A stretch of DNA of 64,000 nucleotides from Haliotis rufescens (taxonomy: Eukaryota): positions 16,058,001 to 16,122,000 of the forward strand of contig NW_025963779.1 in the NCBI RefSeq assembly GCF_023055435.1. Direction: 5' to 3'. The translations under genes were made by a program, and so were the position numbers. Shown here one piece after another: positions 13,429-26,880 of the stretch. Within the stretch, counting starts at the first letter, position 1, and every line of letters starts with the position of its first letter. The notes beneath the pieces were generated by a model that did not search any database, had not been told where the DNA came from, and saw nothing but the letters and a program-made list of their open reading frames with translations.

Positions 13429-13599
13429 GCATAAAATGTCACCAACACAAGAAAACAAATCTTGGGCTTCTTGGTTGACCGTATCGTATCAGGTAATGGT
13501 GGTCAGTTCTCTGTGGTCAAAGCTCTTTTTACTCTTTGAACTTTCGGAACAAGTGTAAGTGAAGTACATAACATCGCGGGTCTGCACACTTTTTGATCG

Positions 13600-13935
13600 G
13601 GTATTGCGCATACAAACCAATAGCAGTGCCGTCTGGGTACGACCACACACCACATCAGTCAGCCATTACTAGCAGCCTCGTGATTCTAATTACAATGTGA
13701 TCTCAATTTCGCCGTTTACGATAAGCTCTGCAAATAAGCATCCATTGAGATACCATGCCGTAATCAAACAGGGATACTCCACTCAGTTGTAGTATTCTGT
13801 CCCCGAGCTGACCAGCCCTCGTTTTATCCCCTCACTGGCAAACGTAAGGCAGGATACCAACAAGTACCATAATGTAACGTATTTTTTTGTATGACGCTGC
13901 CCGGGGATCGACCACCGATCTTCTTCTCTCCGGAC
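13600..13935 (-). mobile_element. SINE family D, old degenerate copy
   Basis: Partial match to 55645-55998 (gagataccatgccg, tatgacgc..ggggatcga). Confidence 0.6.
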
Positions 13936-14461
13936 ATACGCTCTATATATTTGAGCTGGTTAACTAACACGAAAGAGTACTTACTGAATTACTTTCGATT
14001 TCTAGTTTTATATAACACTCACCTTCAATTAGTCATTCGCAACAATTTACGTCCCTGTGATTGCTCTGACTTTAGCGTCGTACGCGTTGTCTCGCGTCTT
14101 ACGGAAATTAACGATGTTAGCCGAGTGAACATAAAACATGCATACCAGATCGCGTGTGAATGACACGCCCGCATACATTTCATTGTCATAAATACTATTG
14201 ACTCGTAAAGATGAGTATTAATGTTGACTTAGTAGTCAGGAACAAGTATTGTCGAGGGACACACTGGAAACTGACCCCCTAGAAAGTGACTGACAGAACC
14301 TAACACTCGTGTTTACTGTCGGCCTGTGTATGAATACATGCAGTACTTCTGCTCATGACAAACATGACCAACAATGACTGACTTGCGGATACGCTCCATG
14401 TCTATTTACGTCCCCATATTTCAAGTAGGTGTATACAAGGAACATGGGAAACATATCAACA

Positions 14462-14912
14462 NNNNNNNNNNNNNNNNNNNNNNNNNNNNNNNNNNNNNNN
14501 NNNNNNNNNNNNNNNNNNNNNNNNNNNNNNNNNNNNNNNNNNNNNNNNNNNNNNNNNNNNNNNNNNNNNNNNNNNNNNNNNNNNNNNNNNNNNNNNNNNN
14601 NNNNNNNNNNNNNNNNNNNNNNNNNNNNNNNNNNNNNNNNNNNNNNNNNNNNNNNNNNNNNNNNNNNNNNNNNNNNNNNNNNNNNNNNNNNNNNNNNNNN
14701 NNNNNNNNNNNNNNNNNNNNNNNNNNNNNNNNNNNNNNNNNNNNNAGTAGTNNNNNNNNNNNNNNNNNNNNNNNNNNNNNNNNNNNNNNNNNNNNNNNNN
14801 NNNNNNNNNNNNNNNNNNNNNNNNNNNNNNNNNNNNNNNNNNNNNNNNNNNNNNNNNNNNNNNNNNNNNNNNNNNNNNNNNNNNNNNNNNNNNNNNNNNN
14901 NNNNNNNNNNNN
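14462..14912. other. Assembly gap (N run)
   Basis: N characters next to the AGT microsatellite. Confidence 1.
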
Positions 14913-15708
14913 TAGTACTAGCACTAGCAGCAGTTGTAGTAGTAGTAGCAACAGTAGTTGTAGTAGTAGTACTAGCAGTAGTTGTAGTAGTAGTAGTAGT
15001 AGCAACAGTAGTTGTAGTAGTAGTAGTGGTGGTTGTAGCAGTAGTAGTAGTAGCAGTAGTAGTAGCAGTAGCAGTAGTAGTAGTAGCACTAGTAGTAGTA
15101 GCAACAGTATTTGTAAAAGTAGTAGTAGCATTAGTAGTTGTAGTAGTAGTAGTAGTAGCAGTAGTAGTAGTAGTAGTAGAAGTAGGAGTAGTAGCAGGTG
15201 TAATAGTAGAAGAAGCAGTAGTAGTAGTAGCAGGTGTAGTAGTAGTAGCAACAATATTTGTAGTAGTAGTAGCAGTAGTAGTAGCAGTAGCAGGTGTAGT
15301 AGTTGCAGTAGAAGTAGTTGCAGTAGTAGTAGTGGTAGTAGCAACAGTATTTGTAGTAGTAGTAGCAACAATAGTTGCAGTAGTAGTAATAGTAGCAACA
15401 ATAGTTGCAGTAGTAGTAGTAGTAGCAGGTGTAGTAGTAGCAGGTGTAGTAGTAGCAGTAGTTGCAGTAGTAGTAGTAGCAGCAGCAGGTGTAGTAGTAG
15501 CAGTAGTAGCAGGTGTAGAAGTTGCAGTAGTAGTAGTAGTAGCAGGTGTAGTAGCTGCGGTAGTAGTAGTAGTAGTAGTAACAGCAGCAGTAGTAGTAGT
15601 AGTAGTAGCAGGTGTAGTAGTTGCAGTAGTAGTAGTAGTAGTAATAGTAGCGGGTGTAGTAGCAACAGTAGTTGTAGTAGCAGCATCAGTACTTGTAGGA
15701 GTAGTAGC

Positions 15709-15740
<32 letters not shown>

Positions 15741-15870
15741 CATGTGTAATTGTGGTAGTAGTAGCAGTAGCACAGTAGTTGTAGTAGTAGCAACAGTAGT
15801 TGTAGTAGTAGTAGCAGCAGTACTTGTGGTAGTAGTAGTAGCAGCAGTACTCGTGGTAGTAGTAGTAGTT
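14913..15870. repeat. Imperfect (AGT/AGC)n trinucleotide microsatellite
   Basis: Tandem AGT with AGC/TGT variants; open in several frames on both strands. Confidence 0.95.
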
Positions 15871-17561
15871 GTCAAAAGACGTTTTTACTGCTAACTTAAA
15901 GACTAGACATCGAAGAAAGATCAAAATATCGTAACATCAAAGTTCTATCAACATATTATCCAACAAGCAGCATACCACAGGCAATACAGAGGGGGTGAGT
16001 GAGTGGGGCTTAAATAACGGCGCATTGAACACTTGTCAACGGAATAGAGGATTAGGGCCCAACGTGAAGCGGGTCGTACACGGGCGTGGTGCTTACAACC
16101 AAGGATCATAATAAGGTCGACACTGGAGTTCGAACCTACAACCAGCGGATCCCGGTGCGCCTAAGGGACACAACTCTGCAAACGTTTGACGCATTAGGAC
16201 GCTTTATGTAATATATACACATTACCAGCAGTTGTTTCGGGATTTTCCAGATTAATGGGTTTAATCGCTACTCCCACATGATCACTGAAAATTAATTATC
16301 ACTAACGTTAGCCAAATATCCCAGACAGTGCACACGTTACTGTTTCAAAAAAGTTTGCGATAATTCTGCAGACAGAAAATAAAACCGGATATTAAAAGTC
16401 TTAAGTCAACCACTCGAGCTAAAACTGATTAAGGAAACAATTTCTAAAACAGTATCTTGAATCAACGCATTCTCAAAGGAAAAACACAAGCTGTCGTCAA
16501 TATGGCCTCCATTATGTATCGTAATGGACGTCAAGAAGTCTGCACTGCTCACAAAGCCAGACTGCTACTTCAAAACCACCTGCGACGTTTTTGTCGAACA
16601 AAATCCGTCATGTTTGGTTTAATTAAAACCAGAACTAAAACTTTTTTCTAAAAGCCACTCAGTAGAAATAATGTATATACCGGTCTATGCCAATAACATG
16701 GATTGAAATAAAACTTTTTTAAGGAAAACATAGCAACCTTATCTTATACAGCGCAATCTTTTCAAGACAACATGTCGGTATCACCCTATCACTCCAATCT
16801 CAAGTTTCTATAACGTCTTAACATAGCATGACTTCTATGAATAAATATTTTAATTGATTAAAATAAACACACAAATAATAAAAAGACATGAAACTAAACA
16901 CATCCCTTGTACCATAATTGTAACACGTTTAGAAACCTGCACATGTTTTAGAACATACTTACATAAGGACTCTCTTGAATTGTTTTTTTATATTAAAAAA
17001 ACATGTTACATTTAGCTACATTCCTGGTAGAACGTTTAGCAGTTTGGCCAAGAATTGTACCGTGTAAGTATATAGTTGTTTTGCGATGGTGTAGATATAA
17101 ATAGCCTTAGAAGTATTACAATAGAACAGAATAAATCCAAGGACTTTCCAGTAAATCGCGACAGTTCATATATGTACCGATCTACAATCCATAACTCTTG
17201 CATGATGCTGTATTTCTTAAAGTGAAATGAAACCAACGACATTAAGAATACAGTATTTAACGTGTATTAATATATGGACTGCAACATAATTTAAAAATAT
17301 GATAATGCGATGCTAAGAAATTTGGACATGTTGTCACACAGTGACCACCATATCTATCCTGACGTTTGCAAGATTCCACTGACCAATGATGACATTTCCC
17401 CAAGACTCTTTCAATTGAAACATTACATAAAGCAGCATTACCCAACACACTCCCCTTCGCAAGGCTCTTCCTGATTTTGATAAACCGGTTTTGTCGACAG
17501 TCGATCTAAAACCATTTTTCCGAACGTCGTGCTGACTCCCGAGAGGGGTAACTATGGAATT

Positions 17562-17835
17562 CCACTATTTCGTGTCTTCACCACTATTTCGTGTCTTCAC
17601 CACTATTTCGTGTCTTCACCACTATTTCGCGTCTTCACCACTATTTCGTGTCTTCACCACTATTTCGTGTCTTCACCACTAATTCGTGCGTCACGTCAAA
17701 GATCCGGGTTCGATTCCCGACATGGGTACAATATGTGAAGCCTATTTCTGGTGTCCCCCGCCGTGATATTGCTGGAATATTGCTAAAAGCGGCGTAAAAG
17801 CATACTCACTCACTCACTATTTCGTGTCTTCACCA
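17562..17835. repeat. 19-bp tandem repeat (CCACTATTTCGTGTCTTCA)n with a 5'-truncated SINE A inserted at ~17685-17817
   Basis: Six near-identical units, then SINE A body and tail, then one more unit. Confidence 0.85.
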
Positions 17836-19588
17836 CTTTTCTTCGAAAATAAACATGTTTAGATCCTATTATGTTTAGGTTTTGAACTCAATGCTAAGCG
17901 TGTTTACGATATTAAATATTCAGGCGTCTAAACACGTAGATTTTGTCTATGTGGTAAGAATGAAGTCAAATCTTACCCCTATTTGTGTAAATCCTAAACG
18001 TGTTTAGATAAAATGCGCAAAACCCTGAACGCTTTTAGAGCTTATATCTTTAATACCTTATCACACTTTTACAGTAATGTACAAGGTTAACGCATATGAA
18101 ATCCATAATGTATAATCCTATTTCATTCCAAATTCCAAATCTCAAGCACTTCGCACTCCATTCAAAGCCACGGTGATACTTAAAAGCTGAAATATCGACC
18201 TGAAACTTCAAGCAACCGACACCTATCGATACAGGAAACGCTATCTGTAAACAATACTCACCGCCACTTCAGTCAGTGTATATCATTAATAACGTCTCCC
18301 GTCCTACGTTATCCCCTCACATCAATGCACATTCCTTGTATTTCCAACTATCTGTTTCCAGACTGACACACCGATAACTTAAAGCCACCTACGAAACGGC
18401 GTCAGCGACACGCAATCTGGCAATTTTCTTCCAGCCTACTTGAAAGTCCCCAGGCAACTGGGGGTTGGAGACAAGTCTCGGTGCCTAATCTTTCCGAGCT
18501 AAGAAACTGGAGCATTTATCACCTTGAAGCCCCGCCTTTGATCTGAGTTCGGTGTTGTAGCTTTGATATAACCGCTGCCAAAATTTATCACGCCAACAGA
18601 ACTGCAGTCGATGTTATCAATCATAATATAATTATCTAACGCTTGCCAGATTGCTTAAGGACTTAAATAAAAAAACAAAATGAAATTGGTTTGCACTAAG
18701 GTTTACCGTTAACATTGGATATATATGTTTTATTACACAAGAAATACATAGGGATTACATTGAAAATCGTATAATTTGGAATGTGGTGTTTATAGCGGAA
18801 GGAACGAGGATAGGCGCGTTCAACCGGTATAACATTCTCATAAATGAAACCTGAAAAAATATTGTGTCTTTGCTTTGAGGCACGGGTTATTTTGGAAGTA
18901 GTAATGTGTACCTGTAGGCTTAGATTTCCGAGGAAGGATCTGCATGTATCACATGAATGACTCTTGAGACAGGTAAAGTGCTATAATACAGACTTTAGTA
19001 ATACGAGACCTTGTAGACGAATGATGTTTGTTGTTCGACATTGAGCATGGTTTATATAACCCGGATATGTTCCAGTGTTTACTTGTATAGATCTTATCAC
19101 TTTAATCTTACATGTATATTAGTTCATTGTTAACGAATCTACCGTGAACCCATTACCCATTTTTTAAATTTTTCTCAGCACTGGATTACATCTAACGATT
19201 TTTCAGCCTGACGAGAAACAGTAAATTATTTTCATGTCTTATAGGACAAAACATTTTTTTTTATAAACGTGTTTTCAAACTTCTTCTAAGGATATAAGAT
19301 TCTGTATGTTTATATATTTACCTTGAACTAAAACATATATTTGACGTTTGACCGACCCGGGGGTTATGAAAATGATCAAAGCATAGTCTTGCACGGATGA
19401 AACCCATCATTTCACAAAGGTCAATATCACCTTTTGAGTGGATTTATGGTTGAAGGCCGCTTTGAATAGTACTTTGGTTTTAGTGCGAAGTGTTAAATTT
19501 GGGCGAATTTACGAACGCTTCCAGCTAATGCTGATTTTTGCACGCGGCACAAATATGGAAAGAAACTGCCACACGCATATGTGGAGAA

Positions 19589-19662
<74 letters not shown>

Positions 19663-19775
19663 GGGGGGGGGGGGGGGCAGAGAGGGAGAGAGAGAGGAGA
19701 CACATTGTTTACGTTCCAAAATGATTAAAACTTCAGTGGACTCACTATGTAATTAACATTAAAGGTACATTATTC

Positions 19776-19818
<43 letters not shown>

Positions 19819-19969
19819 GTGGCTCTGCAAATCTAGCACTGTCATAGGTCGGAAGCTTGTGCAAAAACGACAGTACAGTTCAAAAGGACGTCTAAAAAAG
19901 GGAAGTACACAGATATAAGTACTTCCACACAATTATTTAGGGACGTACTCTCTCTCTCTCTCTCTCTCT

Positions 19970-20018
<49 letters not shown>
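19589..20018. repeat. Cluster of (GA)n, poly-G, (CT)n and (CA)n microsatellites
   Basis: Direct reading. Confidence 0.9.
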
Positions 20019-20022
<4 letters not shown>

Positions 20023-20708
20023 CAAGTTTCACAGATACAAACAGATCGCGGCCTGAGATCAATGACACTGTGTGACTGACATTTCAAGGAGTAAACTCGT
20101 ATAAACAATAGTTTCATCAGGCCAATCAAATACATGGCAAACACAGATAAAGGGATATGGAAGCTTTCCTTTACAACGTCGCAGATCAAACAGACATTCT
20201 ATGGCCATAAATACATGAGATCATAAACGACTAGTAATGAGCTCGAGGCACAGTTATGATCAAGGTTGGTTTATTTCTGTTCCCATAACTTGAAATGGAC
20301 TCTTCCGGGGCCTTGTCAATTTCGCACGTGCAACACGAACATGTCTCGCAGGTGTTCACCTTGACAGTAATTTCTATACGTGTAACAGTGTGAGTGATCG
20401 CGGGAACGGATCTCATGTATGTATTATTGACATCAAATTACGAGACGCACGTGGGTTTATAGGCGGTGTAGTAGCCGAGTGGTCACCTTGGTTCGTCACC
20501 CCGAAAGCCTGAGTTCGATTCCAAGCATGGGTACATTGATGGTTGTTAAGTATATGATTGGAGTAGTGTGTGGTTAAGAAGGCGTTAAACTCACTCACTC
20601 AGTGTAAAATATCGAGACAAGCCAGTGGTTGATATCGCGAACAACGATCCACGCTGTCCGGGAAGGTTGACACGTCATCCACCAGGTCACCGAGTCTGAT
20701 CACCCGAT

Positions 20709-20912
20709 GGGTTCGAATCCCGGTTCACCCCGATTATGTTTCTAGGTTTGTCAGCACCATACCCGTGCTCGTGGGTTTCACCGAAGTGGTAAACGTCTAA
20801 GACCTGCATCACTCCGGGCTTTCCTCCCACATTAAGCTGACACGCCGCGATATAACTGGAATACTGTTAAAAACGGCGTTAAACCCAACTCACTCACTCA
20901 CTCACTCACTCA
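20709..20912 (+). mobile_element. 5'-truncated SINE B nested in an older SINE C copy (~20600-20990)
   Basis: 13-bp TSD CTGATCACCCGAT at 20696-20708 and 20913-20925, lying within family C sequence. Confidence 0.85.
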
Positions 20913-21199
20913 CTGATCACCCGATCCGTTAAATCGCCTCTTATGATTGGTTGCTAGGGACCTCCTCTGTGCCGGAAATCTCCCGGGGCGATCACATTCA
21001 TGTTTATTTTAAGTTTTATTACCAGACAGGTGATTACGTGCTCCCCTAAATTAAATTTATACTTACGCCTTTATGTTAGTGTGGCTGATGCCGAATGGAT
21101 TAGATAGGTTTTGTACTCAGAAGTGTGCCCAGACAAAAATATATGTTTTGTTTCTACGAGTAGTGTTTCCAGGTGCACATATTATAGGTTATTATTCGT

Positions 21200-21378
21200 G
21201 TTTGTTCGTTGTTTAAATCCGTATTCGGCAATATACCAGCCGCATGACCTGTAAATAATCGAATCTGGACCAGACAATCCAGTGATTGACATCATGAGCA
21301 TCGATCCACGTAACTGGGATACGAATTCATGCATCAACCAAGTCAGCGAGCCTGAGACCCGATCCCGTTAGTCACCTC
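21200..21378 (-). mobile_element. SINE family C, partial
   Basis: Body match (ggaccagacaatccagtgattgacatcatgagc). Confidence 0.8.
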
Positions 21379-22266
21379 AATTATTTGTGACTTTTCATAC
21401 CATTCCCAATATCTACCCGAGGCTCCCATATCAGCCCGAGGGACGAGGTCTCAACATCATGATTGTTGAATATGACAACAAAAGACAGCATGTCATCGTT
21501 TAATAGGGAAAAAAACTTGAATATGGTTAATAAATAAACAACAATCGCAGTGCATACACTGACATTATGACTACGAACCAAAGTAATTGTAAACTCAAAC
21601 GCTATCTACATAAAAACGAAATATTTTAATCTATTTAAAGTTTAAATTCGACAGTTAAAGTTAAATAGCTTAAGGTCATGACTTTCTATTTGAGTCATTT
21701 GCTGTGTCTGGGGAAATCTAAATAATCCCCTGCAGTGAAAACTACCCCCTACAAGCTGACTATAGACTGGGGTGCGTAAAGGACGACAGCCCCCTATTTA
21801 TATACTTGATTAATTACACACCGAGACTATATATGGCCGGATACAACAGCTGATATAGGCGTGTACACCGGAGCATGTAGGTCAATGAACCTGATTCATT
21901 ACAGATTAAGCACGTAGCACGGTTAATAAGGGACTGAAATAGATGTTGAGACCACTTTCTACTTCACATTGAGACAACCGTCTTGCACTTGCTTCGACGA
22001 CATTTGCCAGGAATTTGTCGAAGCAAAATGGAACATTATGTGATGTGTTTAATATGGTATTATATGGGATGGATTGTTTGTGGGTTCAGGAGCCAGGGCT
22101 TCCGTTGACCTTCTGGTGTGGAGTGCACCTCGAAATTAGGTCGTTGGATGTGGATCGGTGCTCATAACATCGCCCACTGGTTTGTATGGGTCGGTTCGAT
22201 TTTTGAATATTGCGTGAGTCCGACCATATCCGGCAGCTACCGTGTTTTCGCGACGTCATGAATGTT

Positions 22267-22433
22267 AGTGAGTGAGTGAGTATGGTTTAACGCCGCTTAG
22301 CAATATTCCAGCAATATCACGGCGGGGGGAAACCGGAAAATGGGCTTAACACATTGTATCCATGTAGGGAATCTAACCCGTGGCTTCGACGTGACGAGTG
22401 AACGCTTTAACCACTAGACTACCCCACCGCCTA
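22267..22433 (-). mobile_element. SINE family A
   Basis: Matches other A copies. Confidence 0.85.
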
Positions 22434-22559
22434 TGCCCCAACGTTGTGACGTTATCAGAACGAGTTCTTGCTACTCCATACACCTATTCTGCATAGATCT
22501 CAATAATATTATTTGTTTCGATGACGTCAAAACAATATGTCCGGTATGAATGTTTTACA

Positions 22560-23103
22560 CCTCCCCGAAGCATGGGAGTTTACTGCCTATAAAAGTCCAG
22601 TTTCCACCCTTGCCGAACTAGGATGGTATTATGGACTTACATTTTGGCTGGACTAACGAGTCTATGCATAGTCCAATCAAAATCGCGCACCGAAATCAAA
22701 ATCCGGTTAGTAAACTGTCGTGCAGATTTCGGTCGATTGCATGATTTGCAAAGCATGTGCACCGTCAACTCGTTGTCAACAGATATTTTCCAAGTCGTTT
22801 CACGTTTTAAATCGAGGATCTCACATGATTTGATGCACTTCGCGAGGTAAGACCCGTTTTATCACAATATAGGTCTTGATTATCGATCAGATCGTCTTGA
22901 CTGGGCGCCGCCATTTTGTTTGAAACAAATGCAAGTGATACGATAGTTGGAATCTGCTTAGTCCATAAGAGAGGCTTATAAGGGACATAACTCGTAATAA
23001 CCTCTGGTGGCGCTACGATCGAGCCCAGGAATTCCAGCCCAGTTCGGCAAGGGTGGAAACTGGACTTTTACAGTCAGTTAACTCCTTTGCCTCGGGAAGA
23101 TGG
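22560..23103. mobile_element. MITE with ~65-bp TIRs and 7-bp TSD
   Basis: TIR core AAAAGTCCAGTTTCCACCCTTGCCGAACT and its inverse; TSD TTTTACA at 22553-22559 and 23104-23110. Confidence 0.75.
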
Positions 23104-23191
23104 TTTTACACCTGTAAAACTTCCTTTACTAAAAAGTACAATTACATAATTGTAATAATTTCGTTATGTGTTTTAAGACTATTTAACTATA

Positions 23192-23455
23192 TTTGTTTCT
23201 TTGTTGTTAAACGCCTCACCCAGCAATATTCCAGCTTTATGACGGCGGTCTGTAAATAATCGAGTGTGGACCAGATAATCCAGTGATTGACATCATGAGC
23301 ATCGATCTACACAACTGGGATACGATGACATGCATCAACCAAGTCAGCGAGCCTGACAACCCAATCCCGTTGGTCGCTTCTTACGACAAGCAAAGTCGAC
23401 TTTGACGGCAAGCATCGATTGCTGAAGACCTATTCTAACCCGGATCTTCACGGGT
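23192..23455 (-). mobile_element. SINE family C, full length
   Basis: Head ACCCGTGAAGATCCGGGTTAGAATAGGTCTTCAGC on the minus strand. Confidence 0.9.
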
Positions 23456-23571
23456 AGTAACTTTCAATGTCTTTTAAAGACTGTATGGCATAACTCCTTG
23501 TTTTCTTTGACCTTTGCCGATTACCGTTGCACCTAGAACTGAGCTGGCATTCGACATTCTAGCGGCCTGGG

Positions 23572-23927
23572 GACCGCCTCCGTGGTCTTGTGGTAGAGCG
23601 TCCGCCCGGAGAGCGGAAGGTCCAGGGTTCGATCCCGGGCCGCGTCATACAAAAAGACGTTAAAAGATTGTACTTGTTGTTACCCTGTCTGGCGCTCGGC
23701 ATTAAGGGGCTAAAACAAGGACTGGTCGGCTCGGAGTCAGTATACTGTGTCTGAGTGGGGTATTCATGTTAAACTGCGGCATGGTATCTCAGTGAGCTAG
23801 CACTATAAATCGGCATCAGTCCGGACTAGTACAAACAGCCACACACACACACATACACGTGCATGCACGTCGCTATATAAGTGCAATAATCTTGGACGCG
23901 ACGTTAAACCCCATTTCACCTCACCTT
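23572..23927 (+). mobile_element. SINE family D, full length (tRNA head plus central domain resembling the Meta/MESC type)
   Basis: A/B boxes (GTGGTAGAGC, GGTTCGATCCC); 12-bp TSD TAGCGGCCTGGG at 23560-23571 and 23928-23939; central domain assignment is from recall. Confidence 0.9.
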
Positions 23928-25599
23928 TAGCGGCCTGGGTGCAATGAACGGACGCAATAACCCTGACGTGCCAAAGAACATGTAATAACGCCCTGACGTG
24001 ATCTCTCTTCCCCATGGGTGCCGCACGCAAAATGTGCACAGTGTAGGCACCCCTGAACTTGATAGAAAGACCTGGCTTCGGGATTGTCATGCATTGTCAT
24101 ATCTTATTATATACAAGCTCAACGCTTATCTATATGTTCTCTACTGAAAAATACACATTACAGTTTTAATAGTAAGAAATGTACTTCACTGCAATCCTTT
24201 CAAGGAGAACGGATTACAATTAGCAGTGCAGAGTTGCGTCCCTTAGGTGTGCCAGAATCCCATGATCGTGGGATCAAGTCGCACATCCGCCATAATTATG
24301 TCTCTAGGTTTGTCAACATCATATCCATATACTCGTGGGCTGCGCCAAACCTGCATCAACTACAACCCCCAGCGCCAAACTTACACGCCGTGACATGACC
24401 GAATACTGTTCAAATTGGTGTTAAACCAAATTCACTCAACCGTGCAATCCTTTCAAATCGATAACGTATTTTTTTTTCTAGGGCCTCAAATGTCACAAGT
24501 ATATGGTTATAATTAATCGAAGAGCAATTGTCGGAAAAACATCAAACGAAAAGTTTGAAAACATACGAGCACTTTAAAAGTTCATACGTTCTGTTTACTA
24601 AATTCAAGTCCTGATATGTCAACAACTTTATTTTGCCTGTTGCCACGCAACAGCAGTTTATCTCCTAACGGAAGCTGGTAAAACTGTGTGACAAAACAGC
24701 TTTGGTATATCGTCATTAACCTTTAGTTTGACAACTCAACCAGCATAAGAAATATGGCAAAAGAAAATTGATACATTGTTGACAACACAAATTATATGAA
24801 TAATATTTGAAAATCATCCACTACTTACAGAACCGCGATGTCGAGTCCGGCTCTAGAAGTCAAATGTCAACCGACAGGGGCTCACTTTGAGTCCCTGATA
24901 TCTTTGATACATAATCAATTATAAGATTAGGCACTATATCTTGTTATTGCGGATTAACACAAACGTTCCAGGTGTGATGTGGCGAAACCAAACAACTCTG
25001 TTATGAAATGTATACGTAGTGTACGTGGTGTATTATCTCCTTCAGTATTGAGTGTAGCAGACATCTGTCAGATTATGGGGCTTTATCCGATGAAATACCT
25101 AGCTTGTTATACAAACTGATACAATGTTACGAATAGTAGATTTCCACCCCAAGCCAAGACGTGACTTGAGCTTACCCGTTGTCACGCTGGGGGGTGGGGG
25201 GTGAAGGTGGGGGGTGAAGGTGGGGGGTGAAGGTGGGGGGTGGGTGGGTGTATCAATCAAAAGAAGATAGAAATTGTTTCAGAAAAAATAATTATGCTCT
25301 GGCTGTTGATAAAACGAGATTGTCTGTCACGCCAAAATACCACCCCCTCACCCCCACAACCACCACCATCCCCCCACCCCCATCCCCAGAATAGCAAATG
25401 GTCGATCCCTAACACATGCCCTAGACATGCGCTCTCCTTGCAACGCCCCGAGGGGTAATGTGTTGTGGGATTAAATTTCTTATCAGTCTACCTTTGAGAA
25501 ATCATCTGTACGGTCATGTACAGTGAGTGGTACGTTTATGCTATTAACGTCCTCCTCTAGGGGCTGATGCTCCGTTTATAAACTTAGAGATATATATAA

Positions 25600-26880
25600 A
25601 ATACATAATGCTATGCCACCTACACCCCCAGGGGATCTTGTCCATAATGATATACCACAAACATACACCCCATGCTGTATTTCTTGTCCATAATGATATA
25701 CCACCAACATACACCCCATGTTGTTTTGTTTGTTCTTTAACGCCGCACTCAGCAATTTTTGCAGCTTTATGACGGCGGTCTGTAAATAATCGAGTCTGGA
25801 CCAGACTATCCGGTGATTTACATCATGAGCATCGCTCCACGCAATTAGGATACGATGACATGCATCAACACCCCATGTTGTATTTCTTGTCCATAATGAT
25901 ATACCACCAACCTTCACCCCATGCTGTATTTCTTGTCCATAATGATATACCACCAACATACACCCCATGCTGTATTTCTTGTCCATAATGATATACCACC
26001 AACCTTCACCCCATGCTGTATTTCTTGTCCATAATGATATACCACCAACCTTCACCCCATGCTGTATATCTTGTCCATAATGATATACCACCAACCTTCA
26101 CCCCATGCTGTATTTCTTGTCCATAATGATATACCACCAACCTTCACCCCATGTTGTTATACTTGTCCATAATGATATACCACCAACCTTCACCCCATGT
26201 TGTTATACTTGTCCATAATGATATACCACCAACCTTCACCCCATGTTGTTATACTTGTCCATAAAGATATACCACTAACCTTCACCCCATGCTGTATTTC
26301 TTGTCCATAATGATATACCACCAACCTTCGCCCCATGCTGTATATCTTGTCCATAATGATATACCACCAACCTCCAACACCCCCCACCCCCCACCCCCCA
26401 TGCTGCTGTATTTCTTGTTCATAATGATATACCACCAACCTTCACCCCATGCTGTTATACTTGTTAATAATGATATACCACCAACCTCCCCCCATGCTAT
26501 ATTTCTTGTCCATAATGATATACCACCAACCTTCACCCCATGCTGTATTTCTTGTCCATAATGATATACCACCAACATACACCCCATGCTGTATATCTTG
26601 TCCATAATGATATACCATCAACCTTCACCCCATGTTGTTATACTTGTCCATAATGATATACCCCCCATGCTGTATTTCTAGTACATAATTATATACCACC
26701 AAAATACACCCCATGCTGTATATCTTGTCCATAATGATATACCACCAACATACACCCCATGCTGTATTTCTTGTCCATAATGATATACCACCAATCTCCC
26801 ACATATCTTGACTATTATGGTAAACCACCAACCTACATCTCCAGGGTGTATATCTTGTTCATAATGATATACCAAATACC
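25600..26880. repeat. 46-bp satellite with a truncated SINE C inserted at ~25725-25868
   Basis: Unit TATTTCTTGTCCATAATGATATACCACCAACCTTCACCCCATGCTG, over 20 copies; CACCCCATGTTGT flanks the SINE on both sides. Confidence 0.9.

Noticed and set aside
14353-15924. Long Thr-, Ser-, Leu- or Val-rich ORFs resembling a mucin
   Set aside because: (AGT)n microsatellite plus an N gap is open in several frames on both strands; no splice or signal-peptide support
25600-26880. CRISPR-like regular repeats (also 17562-17680 and 34599-34881)
   Set aside because: Head-to-tail tandem units with no unique spacers, in a eukaryotic context with no cas genes
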